A stretch of DNA of 64,000 nucleotides from positions 3,785,789 to 3,849,788 of the forward strand of contig CAWEEQ010000004.1 of NCBI GenBank assembly GCA_963808235.1, given 5' to 3'. The notes below the pieces were generated by a model. The model ran no database searches, was not told the origin of the DNA, and saw only the letters and a list, made by a program, of their open reading frames with translations. The number at the start of each line of letters is the position of its first letter. The stretch's first letter is position 1. Origin of the DNA: an uncultured delta proteobacterium (lineage in GTDB: Bacteria; Desulfobacterota; Binatia; Binatales; Binataceae). The translations under genes and the position numbers were made by a program. This document shows, one piece after another, positions 1 to 9,789 of this stretch.

Positions 1-833
<833 letters not shown>

Positions 834-848
834 CTCGGGAAATCGCGA

Positions 849-1271
849 ATGGCCGCGACTTTCAAATTTCGACTGATAACCCCGACCGGTATCGTCTTCG
901 AGGACTCGGTCGAAGAAGTCTCCGCCATCGGCCCGCTCGGCGAGTTCGGCGTGCTGCCGGATCACATCAACTTCATCACCTCGCTGGTCCCCGGAGTCCT
1001 TGAGGCGCGGATTGCCGAGGGTCGCACGATGCATTGGGTAGTGTCGGGCGGTCTGGCGGAAGTGAAGGACGGTGTCCTGACAGTGCTCGCTAGCGGCGCC
1101 GAAAAACCGGAGACTATCGACGCGGCAAGCGCCGCCGCGGAGGTGCAGGCGGCCGACAGCAAGTTCTCGACTTTGAGCTTCTACGACCCGGCCTACGCGC
1201 CCGCGCAGGAAGCCCTGTTGCTCGCGCGCGCTCGCGTCGAAGCCGCCGGATTGAAGGCAGCGTCGCGCTAG
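849..1271 (+). CDS. atpC: ATP synthase epsilon subunit
   Basis: Follows atpD; GEFGVLPDH and VSGGLAEV motifs. Confidence 0.95.
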   Translation: MAATFKFRLITPTGIVFEDSVEEVSAIGPLGEFGVLPDHINFITSLVPGVLEARIAEGRTMHWVVSGGLAEVKDGVLTVLASGAEKPETIDAASAAAEVQAADSKFSTLSFYDPAYAPAQEALLLARARVEAAGLKAASR

Positions 1272-1310
1272 TTTTCGTTTTTTGTTCTCCCCACTGACCG
1301 ATATTTGTGA

Positions 1311-1326
1311 TGTTTCACGTGAAACA
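1311..1326. promoter_or_regulatory. parS: parS centromere-like site
   Basis: Exact palindrome TGTTTCACGTGAAACA matching the canonical parS consensus, intergenic. Confidence 0.9.
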
Positions 1327-1403
1327 TTTTTGACGAAAATCCCAACAAGTAAGCGGTGTTTAGATCAATTAGATCGTCAATTTGACGCCATTTGTCGCGC
1401 ACC

Positions 1404-2534
1404 ATGAAGCACTCGACTCAAGTGCAGCTCATCCATGAGATCTTCGACGCCATTGATCGCGGCACGCCGCCGATGGCCCAGAAGTTCACTCGCAACGACA
1501 CCTCCGCGTACACATCGCCGGAGCGCGTGGCTCGCGAGCGCGAGGTGCTCTTCCGGCATCATCCGATCGTCGTCGGCTTCAGCTCGCAGATTCCAAATCC
1601 CGGTGACTACCTGACCGAGGATCTCGCGCCGGTTCCGATCCTGGTGGTGCGCAACGGGTCGGGCGAGCTGCGCGCGTTCGTTAATATCTGCCGCCATCGC
1701 GGCGCCAAGCTGGTCGCTGGATGCGGCGCCGACGCGCGCCGATTTTCATGTCCGTATCACGCGTGGACTTACGACACGGACGGGCACCTGGTCGCGATTC
1801 CCGATGAGTACGGTTTCGAAGGCCTCGATCGCGCGGCGAGTGGACTGGTCGCACTGCCGGCCGCCGAAAAGTACGGCCTCATCTTTGTGACGCCTGCGCC
1901 GGGCGACGCGATTGATATCGACGCGACGCTCGGTGGACTCGCCGAAGATATCGAATCGTACCGGATCGGATCGTTCACGCATCAGGAGACGCGGATCGTG
2001 CGCCGACGGATGAATTGGAAGCTGGTCAGCGACACCTTCTGGGAGGCGTACCATATCAAGGTGCTGCACGCGGGGAATGTCGGGCCGCTGTTCGTGAAAA
2101 ATCTCGCGATGTTCGACGCGTTCGGCCGCAACCATCGCTACGTCGGCGTGCGCAAGTCAATCGAGAAGCTGCGTGATCTTCCGGAAGAAAAGTGGGACCT
2201 GATTCCGCACGCGACGTTGCTGATGAATCTGTTTCCGAACACGATCCTGGTGATGCAATCCGATCACGCCGAGGTCTATCGCATTTTTCCAGCTGGCCCG
2301 CACTCCGCCGGTGAGAGTGTCACCGCGATAAGTATCCTCGCGCCCGAGTCGTCGCCGAAATGGACGCGCGCGATGGACCTGCTCCTCGGCGTCGTCGAGC
2401 AGGATTTCGCCGTGGGCGAAGGGATTCAGCACGGATTCGAATCCGGCGCGATCCGAAAAGTGATGTACGGCCGTTACGAAAACGCGCTCGAACATTTCCA
2501 TCGCTCGATCCGCGAAGCCCTCGGCGAGTCCTGA
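1404..2534 (+). CDS. Rieske non-heme iron oxygenase alpha subunit
   Basis: CRHRG...CPYHAWTY Rieske motif; EAYHIKVLH mononuclear Fe site; C-terminal QD. Confidence 0.92.
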   Translation: MKHSTQVQLIHEIFDAIDRGTPPMAQKFTRNDTSAYTSPERVAREREVLFRHHPIVVGFSSQIPNPGDYLTEDLAPVPILVVRNGSGELRAFVNICRHRGAKLVAGCGADARRFSCPYHAWTYDTDGHLVAIPDEYGFEGLDRAASGLVALPAAEKYGLIFVTPAPGDAIDIDATLGGLAEDIESYRIGSFTHQETRIVRRRMNWKLVSDTFWEAYHIKVLHAGNVGPLFVKNLAMFDAFGRNHRYVGVRKSIEKLRDLPEEKWDLIPHATLLMNLFPNTILVMQSDHAEVYRIFPAGPHSAGESVTAISILAPESSPKWTRAMDLLLGVVEQDFAVGEGIQHGFESGAIRKVMYGRYENALEHFHRSIREALGES

Positions 2535-2545
2535 ATCGAGATCGG

Positions 2546-3826
2546 CTACGATTTGCTGAGGCTGGACAGGCGCGCGAAGAAATCCGGAAATGTTTTCGCG
2601 ACGCATCCTGGCTGCTTGATCTTGATGCCCGCGAGCTTCAAGCCGAGCACGGCGAAGCTCATCGCGATTCGGTGATCGTCGTAAGTCTCGATTGGCGCCG
2701 GGCGCATCGTTGAGGGCCGAATCTCGAGGCCGTCTTCGGTTTCGCTGACGTCCGCGCCGATCCGTCTGAGCTCAGTTGCGAGAACGCGGATACGATCACT
2801 TTCGTGATGACGGATAAAAGCGACGTTGCGGATTCTGGTCGGGGACGACGCGAACGGAGCGAGTGCGGCCAGCGTCGACACCATGTCCGGCATCGCATTC
2901 ATCGCGACGTCCACGCCGGCGAGCTGCCCGGTGCCGACAACTTCAACGCAATCAGGATGCCAGTTTACGCGCGCGCCCATCCGCTGCAGCACGCCGAGAA
3001 ATCCGACGTCGCCCTGCACCGAGTTGGGCGTGAGCCCCTCGATTTTGACCGTCCCGCCCACCAGCGCTGCCGCCGCGGCGAAGTAGCTCGCACTCGACGC
3101 ATCAGGTTCGACCGCGAAGCGCTGCGCGCGATACCACTGCCCGCCGGGCACCACGATCTGATCTCCCTCGATCGAGTTGTGCGCGCCCCACGCTTCCATC
3201 AGGCGCAGTGTCATGTCGATGAACGGGCGTGCTGCGTCGCCGATCACGCGAAGCTTGAGCCCGGCTTTCCAGATTGGCGCCGGCATGAGCATCGCGGATA
3301 CGAACTGCGACGATACACGCGCGTCGATCGAGGTCTCCCCGCCTTCGAAGCGCGCGCGCGATGCATCGACGATCACCGGGGGGCAGTTGTTGTTGCGTTC
3401 GCTATAGACGCTTGCGCCGAGACGCTGCATCGCATCGAGCTGGGGGCCCATCGGCCGCTGACGCATCCGCTGATTACCATCGATGCGGAAGCGACCCTCG
3501 CCGAGCGTGACCATCGCGACTATGAATCGCATCACGGTGCCGGCGCCGCCGACAAAGATTTCGCCGCCATGGGCCGGGATGACGCCGCCGCGTCCGCCGA
3601 CCGTTATGCGGCTCGCGATCTCATCAACCTCGACGATAAACCCCATCACCCGGAGCGCGTCGGTCATGTAGCGCGTGTCGTCGCTCAGCAGCACCGAATC
3701 GATCACCGAGCGGCCCTGCGCCATCGCCGCCAGGACCATCGCGCGATTCGTGATGCTCTTGGAGCCCGGTACGGCGATCCGGGCGTCGAGAGGCCCGGAT
3801 ACGGGGGTGATTTCGATTTCGTCCAC
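2546..3826 (-). CDS. aroA: 3-phosphoshikimate 1-carboxyvinyltransferase (EPSP synthase)
   Basis: PGSKSITNR, SSQFVSA, RHHESDR, DDHRIAMSF. Confidence 0.97.
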   Translation of the reverse strand: MDEIEITPVSGPLDARIAVPGSKSITNRAMVLAAMAQGRSVIDSVLLSDDTRYMTDALRVMGFIVEVDEIASRITVGGRGGVIPAHGGEIFVGGAGTVMRFIVAMVTLGEGRFRIDGNQRMRQRPMGPQLDAMQRLGASVYSERNNNCPPVIVDASRARFEGGETSIDARVSSQFVSAMLMPAPIWKAGLKLRVIGDAARPFIDMTLRLMEAWGAHNSIEGDQIVVPGGQWYRAQRFAVEPDASSASYFAAAAALVGGTVKIEGLTPNSVQGDVGFLGVLQRMGARVNWHPDCVEVVGTGQLAGVDVAMNAMPDMVSTLAALAPFASSPTRIRNVAFIRHHESDRIRVLATELRRIGADVSETEDGLEIRPSTMRPAPIETYDDHRIAMSFAVLGLKLAGIKIKQPGCVAKTFPDFFARLSSLSKS

Positions 3827-4017
3827 AGGAATGAGGCTCTACAGCTTATATAAATACAGATTAACCGCGCCATTTGGAGTGTCACAAGCGCAGGACCGCA
3901 TCGCTAAGCCGGATAAGTCGCCCAAAGGACGGGGGAGCAGGTTATTGCCTCATTTGCGACGCTACGATTAGAGTATCCACGGTAATCCGAAGCAGGCCCA
4001 CGCCGAGGGGGATACTT

Positions 4018-4566
4018 ATGAGCCTCAGAAAGATGTTGCTGCCCGCCGCGATGCTGATCGCCGTAATCGCAATGCTTGCGCCGCGTGCCAGTGCGCAAAC
4101 GATGGGTGAGTACGCGACCACGACCGCGGGAGTGGGAACCGGGGGCGGATCGATGGGCACGAGCATGTCGCCGTCGTCGATGGGTTCAAGTGACAGCGGT
4201 GGAAGCTCAGGGACTTGGGGAGCCAGCGGACTCGGCAGCGGTTGGGCCGACCGCGCCGGAGCGGCTGCCGGATCAAGCTTGGGATCGGATTTCGAATCAC
4301 GGGCCGGCGGTCTGTCGAACGGTAATGCCGGCGAATCACGATGGGCGGGGACCGGGATTTCCAGCCACGGGACAGAGAGCCGACTCGGCGCATCGGGCGG
4401 AACCGGCGCATCGGATCGATTCGGCGCGTCGTCGGGTCGATTTTCGAGCGGAGACCGGTTCACCGCGAACGAGCGTTTCTCCTCGGAGAGCCGCTGGCCA
4501 GGGAGTTCATTGTCATCGAATCAGTCGGGACTGGACACTAAGTTCAATTCGATTAACGGGAACTGA
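4018..4566 (+). CDS. Secreted Gly/Ser-rich low-complexity protein
   Basis: GAGGGG RBS, ATG 4018, signal peptide ending ASA-Q, G/S-rich mature part. Confidence 0.7.
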   Translation: MSLRKMLLPAAMLIAVIAMLAPRASAQTMGEYATTTAGVGTGGGSMGTSMSPSSMGSSDSGGSSGTWGASGLGSGWADRAGAAAGSSLGSDFESRAGGLSNGNAGESRWAGTGISSHGTESRLGASGGTGASDRFGASSGRFSSGDRFTANERFSSESRWPGSSLSSNQSGLDTKFNSINGN

Positions 4567-4825
4567 CTTTCTCACTGTCCCAAGCGCCGACGGATTGCGA
4601 CGGTGTGCCGGCGTAAGCTGAGCAGCGTTCAATGCCCACTCAGCTGGAATTCCCACTGACAAGATTTGCCGTCGGCCGCAACTGACACCTTGTAGCTAGC
4701 GCCGGAATGAAGGCGCGCGCGGGGTCAGCGATCGACCTGTGGGTCGCCGCCCCTTCCATCGCTTACCGTTCAGCTTCCAACTCGCAAAGCGCTTAGACTC
4801 TCGTTCCCGATCACGTGAGATTGAA

Positions 4826-5932
4826 ATGCGCTTCATATCCGGTCGAGAACTGAATCGTGCCTATTACAGTGAGGCGGTAGCGCCGATTCTTGCGGACGAT
4901 TTTCCTGAGCTGCGACATGCCGCGGTGCTGATCGGGCCGGGCTCCGACGTATTGGGTTACGACTCAGAGCGGTCGACCGATCACGGCTGGGGTCCGCGAG
5001 TACTCTTGTTTCTGGCCGAGGGTGACCGACAGTCGATAGCGGGTTCGGTAAGCGAAAGACTGAAAACGCGTCTGCCGGCGAATTTCCGTGGTTTCGATAC
5101 GAGCTTCGCGAATCCGGACGCGAAAGGCGTTCGGTGGATGGAGCACGCTGACCCGGGCCGTGTGGCTCACCTGGTCGAGATTCATTCGGTGCGGGAGTTT
5201 GTCCGCGGAATGCTCGGCATCGATCTCAACACTCCGCTGAGAAACGTTGACTGGATGCTGATGCCGCAGCAGCAGCTGCTTGAAGTGACCAGCGGGGATG
5301 TCTATCGCGACGACCTTGGCGAACTCACCTGGCTTCGAACAACGCTCGCATGGTACCCACGCGACGTGTGGCTTCTATTGATGGCGGCGCAATGGAAACG
5401 AATCGCGCAGGAAGAACCGTTCGCTGCGCGATGCGGCGAAGCCGGTGACGATCTCGGCTCGCGAATCGTCGCGGCGCGGCTGGTGCGCGACCTGGTTCGC
5501 CTGTGCTTTCTCATCGAACGCCGCTACGCTCCCTACAGCAAGTGGCTGGGGACCGCGTTTTCGCGTTTGAGTTGCGCGCCACAACTGAATGGGGTGTTGC
5601 GCGGGGCGCTGTCCGCCGATTCGTGGCATGGACGCGAAGATCATCTCTGTGCTGCCTACGAAACGGTCGCCGGCCTGCACAACGCGCTGAACGTCACGCC
5701 CAAGTTGGACGTGAAGGTTCGCAATTTCCACGATCGTCCGTACCGGGTACTCGATGCGGAACGCTTTTCCTCGGCGCTCATCGAGTCGATAGAAGATCCA
5801 AAGCTTCGGCAGATCTGCTCGACAACCGGACTGGTTGGCGCGGTCGATCAGTTCGCCGACAACACGGACCTGCTTGATAGACCCGACCTGTGCGCGCGAC
5901 TGGCCGCGCTGTTCACTGAGCCTCGAAAATAG
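4826..5932 (+). CDS. DUF4037-like (nucleotidyltransferase-fold) protein
   Basis: IGPGSDVLGYDSERSTDHGWGPR and YAPYSKWLG motifs typical of the family. Confidence 0.75.
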   Translation: MRFISGRELNRAYYSEAVAPILADDFPELRHAAVLIGPGSDVLGYDSERSTDHGWGPRVLLFLAEGDRQSIAGSVSERLKTRLPANFRGFDTSFANPDAKGVRWMEHADPGRVAHLVEIHSVREFVRGMLGIDLNTPLRNVDWMLMPQQQLLEVTSGDVYRDDLGELTWLRTTLAWYPRDVWLLLMAAQWKRIAQEEPFAARCGEAGDDLGSRIVAARLVRDLVRLCFLIERRYAPYSKWLGTAFSRLSCAPQLNGVLRGALSADSWHGREDHLCAAYETVAGLHNALNVTPKLDVKVRNFHDRPYRVLDAERFSSALIESIEDPKLRQICSTTGLVGAVDQFADNTDLLDRPDLCARLAALFTEPRK

Positions 5933-5960
5933 CGACCTGGGTGCGTTGCCAGCGTATCGC

Positions 5961-6767
5961 CTAAAACAGTGCGCCGATAAAGTGCTCTAGCTCCAGGTTG
6001 AACTTGGTGATCACGCGGTCGGAGCCGCGGGTCAGGCCGATGCCGGGGCCGAAGTTGTATTCGATTCCGCCCGGCAACTCGCCTTTCAGCACCGGAAAGA
6101 TATAGTGCTGCTGCTGGTGCAGAGGATCGTTGTCTTCGATCAGGCCGAGCGCGCCGTAGAACTCGAGGCCCGGCGAAATCGATCGCAGGTAGTCGTAATA
6201 GATGCCGGCGGCGTAGCCGAACTCGAATCCCTTGTTCTTGTTGGGCCCGACGAAGACCGCTTTTTCGAAAATCGGATTGAGTGCGATTTCGAACCGCCTG
6301 AAATCTTTCTCGATGATCGGTTTCAGCTCAAGCTCGAGCTGGTTGTCGTCGAATTGCGGTGTGCGATGCCATTCCATCTCGGCGTACCAGCCGAAATCGA
6401 CGGGCAATTCGCCCTGCTCGAACAGGCTGCCGCGCAAGCGAAACTTTGAACCCGCGTATTGAAACGAATTCGCATTCGGACGCGCGAGATTCAGATACGC
6501 GGCGCACTCGATGTGGTCCGTGAGTCCGTAAGTTAGTTCGAACGCCGGGCGATACATTGCCTGGCTCGGGAAACTTCCCGCCGACGTGCCCGCGTCGCCG
6601 TGATTATGGCCGCTCGGCACGAAGCTGTTGAGAGATTCGAGTTCCACCATGCCCTTGCCTTCAGTCTGATATGGGTACACCTCGAACTCGAAGGGATCGA
6701 CTTGCGCGGAGGCGTCGGCGGCGATCAGCAACAGCGTCGCGACGAGAAAAATCGCGCGCACGTTCAC
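5961..6767 (-). CDS. Exported protein, putative outer-membrane beta-barrel, iron-uptake associated
   Basis: Signal peptide, alternating aromatic beta-strand pattern, terminal Phe; overlaps upstream gene. Confidence 0.6.
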   Translation of the reverse strand: MNVRAIFLVATLLLIAADASAQVDPFEFEVYPYQTEGKGMVELESLNSFVPSGHNHGDAGTSAGSFPSQAMYRPAFELTYGLTDHIECAAYLNLARPNANSFQYAGSKFRLRGSLFEQGELPVDFGWYAEMEWHRTPQFDDNQLELELKPIIEKDFRRFEIALNPIFEKAVFVGPNKNKGFEFGYAAGIYYDYLRSISPGLEFYGALGLIEDNDPLHQQQHYIFPVLKGELPGGIEYNFGPGIGLTRGSDRVITKFNLELEHFIGALF

Positions 6768-7237
6768 GGCATACTCCGCTCGCCAGACGCCGGCTGTTGC
6801 GAGGGTTTTTCAGCCGCGATCCATCGCGTGATTGCGGCGCGCTCGACGGAGGTCAGACGCGCGCCAGGATGCATCGCGCGGTAGTACCATGGAGGCATCG
6901 CGTCCGTTGCAATCAGACGCGCTACTTCATCGAGCTTTTGATCCTCGGTACCCGGGTCAGAGGTGTAGTCGGTCCAGGCGGAGAAGTTCAGGCGGCGCCG
7001 TCCTTCTTCGACCTCATAATGAATCCACCATGAGACCGGCGCCACGCCGCTGTACCACGGCCATCGGGTTTCATTCGAATGGCAATCGTAACAGGAGCGG
7101 CGAAGCGCATCTTTGACGGCGGGCGGCGCCGACAAGTCGCCATGCGCGGCCGGATTTGAACGATCGAAGCGCACGAATTGCGCAGCCAGCAGTGCGAACG
7201 CGGATGACCAAAGGGTCGCTCGCAACGCGCGACCCAT
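6764..7237 (-). CDS. Haem-binding domain c-type cytochrome
   Basis: RSCYDCHSNETRWPWY, LNFS, MPP motifs. Confidence 0.85.
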   Translation of the reverse strand: MGRALRATLWSSAFALLAAQFVRFDRSNPAAHGDLSAPPAVKDALRRSCYDCHSNETRWPWYSGVAPVSWWIHYEVEEGRRRLNFSAWTDYTSDPGTEDQKLDEVARLIATDAMPPWYYRAMHPGARLTSVERAAITRWIAAEKPSQQPASGERSMP

Positions 7238-7244
7238 CCGAGCA

Positions 7245-7601
7245 TCAGTGCGAAAGAATCTCGCCGGTGGTGGCGCCGTGGCTGAAATCGTCGAAGAACG
7301 GATAGGTCCCGGGCGCGAGTGCCGGGATGTACACCGTAATGGTCTGGCCGGGTTGAACGACGCGCTCGCGATGCAGCTGGAAGCTTTCGAATTCCACCGC
7401 CGTATCGCCCGCGTTGGTGACCTGCAGTTTGACCGGCGTATTGGCAGGCAGGGTCAGACGCGCCGGCTCAACGGTGCCATGACTGAATCGCAGTTGCGAA
7501 GAATCGTCTGCGGCGCGCGCCGGCGCCGAAGATATAGTGAGCATTGCAAGGCACACGAACATGACGGTCATGGTTTTGGCGATCGAGGTATACGAGAACA
7601 T
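7245..7601 (-). CDS. Periplasmic cupredoxin-domain protein (EfeO-N/FtrB-like)
   Basis: Signal peptide; EFES..L.RE.VV.PG...L.PG.Y.FFDDF. Confidence 0.85.
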   Translation of the reverse strand: MFSYTSIAKTMTVMFVCLAMLTISSAPARAADDSSQLRFSHGTVEPARLTLPANTPVKLQVTNAGDTAVEFESFQLHRERVVQPGQTITVYIPALAPGTYPFFDDFSHGATTGEILSH

Positions 7602-7624
7602 CAGTCTGGCGGCAGCTCCTTGAG

Positions 7625-7643
7625 ATTGAGAATGATTCTCAAT
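7625..7643. promoter_or_regulatory. Fur-box-like operator
   Basis: Perfect 9-1-9 palindrome ATTGAGAAT-G-ATTCTCAAT about 24 nt upstream of the cupredoxin start. Confidence 0.75.
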
Positions 7644-7861
7644 TACATAATGGTGCCGTCTCTGTCAAGCGGGCCTGGATGCTGACGACCCTCGCGACGG
7701 CGTCATGAGCGAGATATTCCTAAATGGCTTTACGCAGTATCTAGATGCCGTTTGCGCGACTCTCGCCCATCACCACACGATTTTCTTGACTACTCGACGC
7801 GGGGGGAATAGTTGATACACAGGCGTGTTTCCAATCGCTAGCCAGCTTCGACGGCCGGCTA

Positions 7862-8983
7862 ATGCGATCGATGGGACTTGTTGCTGCGGAGAAGGCGTTG
7901 GCTGGGACGAAGTTGTTGTCGAATCGTATAGGACGGTCAATTGCCGCGATTACGCTGGCAATGGCGCTGGGCTTTGCGGCTCCGCTCAACGCGCGGGCCG
8001 AGACCGAATTGCCGTTCCCCCGTCCCGCCTCGATTGAACCCAACATAAAATTCTGGGTCGATGTCTTTACCGCATATTCGGATCGCGATTTCATCGTGGT
8101 CGATCGCGACAACGTCTGGCGCACTTACCAGGTGTACCATTTGCCGGGCGAAGGTCAGCCGACGCGCGAAGATATCGAGTGGGCGAACTCTTACCTCAAG
8201 ATAAAGTACGCTGACATCCTGAATCGGCTCGCATCGGGGCGTGATCCTTCGGACGACGAAGAACGCCGAGTCGCCGCGATGTTCAAGGGCGAGCCGGCGG
8301 GCGCCTATGCTACAGCCGCGCAGAATTTGCGCGTGCAGGAGGGATTGCGCGAGCAGTTCCACGAAGGTCTGCTGCGCAGCCGCTACTATCGTCCGACGAT
8401 GGAACGGATTTTTCGCACCGCCGGAGTTCCGCCGGAACTGGTGACGCTCGCGCACGTCGAGTCGGGCTTCTACGGCGGCTCGCGATCGAGCGCCGGCGCG
8501 GTGGGAATCTGGCAATTCACGCGTGACACCGGCAAGCACTACATGAAGATCACGCGCTATCACGACGATCGCCTGAATCCGGACCGCGAGACCATGGCTG
8601 CCGCCAAGCTGCTTCGGTCCAACTACGACACGCTCGGCGACTGGCCGCTTGCGATCACCGCTTACAATTACGGGACCGGCGGAGTGGCGCGCGCCGCGGG
8701 GATTTACGGCGGCGACTACTCAGAGATGGTTCAGCACTATCAGGGGCCGCATTTCGGATTCGCAGTGAAGAACTACTACTCGGAGTTCCTGGCGGCGATG
8801 CAAGTGCATCGCTACGAGGACAAGTATTTCCCGGGTATCGAGGACGAAGCCTCCATTCGGCCGGCGCCGATCAAGACTGATTTTCCGCGACCCAGGCATT
8901 CCACGAAGTCGCACACGTCACATCTTCGCCACGTCTCCGCGAAGACCCATCATTCGAAAAAGACCGTCGCTCAGAAGACCTGA
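7862..8983 (+). CDS. Lytic transglycosylase (MltD/SLT family)
   Basis: HVES catalytic Glu, AGAVGIWQF, LAITAYNYG; basic His-rich tail; start uncertain. Confidence 0.9.
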   Translation: MRSMGLVAAEKALAGTKLLSNRIGRSIAAITLAMALGFAAPLNARAETELPFPRPASIEPNIKFWVDVFTAYSDRDFIVVDRDNVWRTYQVYHLPGEGQPTREDIEWANSYLKIKYADILNRLASGRDPSDDEERRVAAMFKGEPAGAYATAAQNLRVQEGLREQFHEGLLRSRYYRPTMERIFRTAGVPPELVTLAHVESGFYGGSRSSAGAVGIWQFTRDTGKHYMKITRYHDDRLNPDRETMAAAKLLRSNYDTLGDWPLAITAYNYGTGGVARAAGIYGGDYSEMVQHYQGPHFGFAVKNYYSEFLAAMQVHRYEDKYFPGIEDEASIRPAPIKTDFPRPRHSTKSHTSHLRHVSAKTHHSKKTVAQKT

Positions 8984-8993
8984 GCCCCGTTGC

Positions 8994-9668
8994 TCACGCT
9001 CGCGAACTTGCTTCCGCGACCTTGGTGTGCGGACTGATCGCGCGGTAGCTGGGACGGTCGCGCAACCGCTTCAGGTACGCGTCGACTTTCGGGAACGCGT
9101 CGAGCTTCATCGCGTCGACCTCGAGCACCATCGCGAGCGCCATCATCGGCACGTCGGCCAGCGAAAATTCTCCGCACGCATAAGCGCCGGTGCCGGATTT
9201 GCCGAGCACCCGTTCGAGGAAGGGCAGATCGCGCGAGCGTAAAAGCTCGCGGCCCTTTTCCATCGCCTCGGCGTTACGCTTGGCGGGCTCGCTCCAATAC
9301 GCCATCCAGATGAGCGGGACGCTTCCGATCAGCATCGCTTCGTCGGCGAAATTTTCGATCTCGCGAACACGCATCCTAAGCGTAGGATCGGAGGGCATTA
9401 GGCGCGGCGGTCCGTAGCGCTCTTCGAGGTACTCGTCGATCACGGTCGAATCGAAAATAGTGAGCTCGCCGTCTTCGAGGTAAGGAACCTTGCCGAGCGG
9501 ATGCTTCGCCAGCATCTCGGGCGGCTTCTTCCACAGATTTCCGGGCGGCAGGTTCTCGATTCGATACGCGAGACTTTTTTCTTCGAGCACGACTTTGGTT
9601 TTGCACGCGTGCGTCGAGCGCAGCGTGCCCCAGGGATAATCACGCTCGGTAGTGTAGAGAATGATCAC
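8994..9668 (-). CDS. Glutathione S-transferase family protein
   Basis: HPLGKVPYL, DSTVIDEYL, FSLADV. Confidence 0.9.
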   Translation of the reverse strand: MIILYTTERDYPWGTLRSTHACKTKVVLEEKSLAYRIENLPPGNLWKKPPEMLAKHPLGKVPYLEDGELTIFDSTVIDEYLEERYGPPRLMPSDPTLRMRVREIENFADEAMLIGSVPLIWMAYWSEPAKRNAEAMEKGRELLRSRDLPFLERVLGKSGTGAYACGEFSLADVPMMALAMVLEVDAMKLDAFPKVDAYLKRLRDRPSYRAISPHTKVAEASSRA

Positions 9669-9789
9669 GGCGCAACTCCTTTGGTTCGGGACTCATGGCG
9701 GCGAGTGTAACATCGGCTCGACCGCGCCGGTCAATCTATCGCATCTAATCGCGCGCGCGGGGAACCTGCCTCTGTTATCGTTTCAATAG

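Noticed and set aside
2804-3853. Long antisense ORFs (also 10561-11727, 16768-17679, 34946-35944, 55226-56176)
   Set aside because: Shadows of real genes in high-GC DNA, with no recognisable motifs
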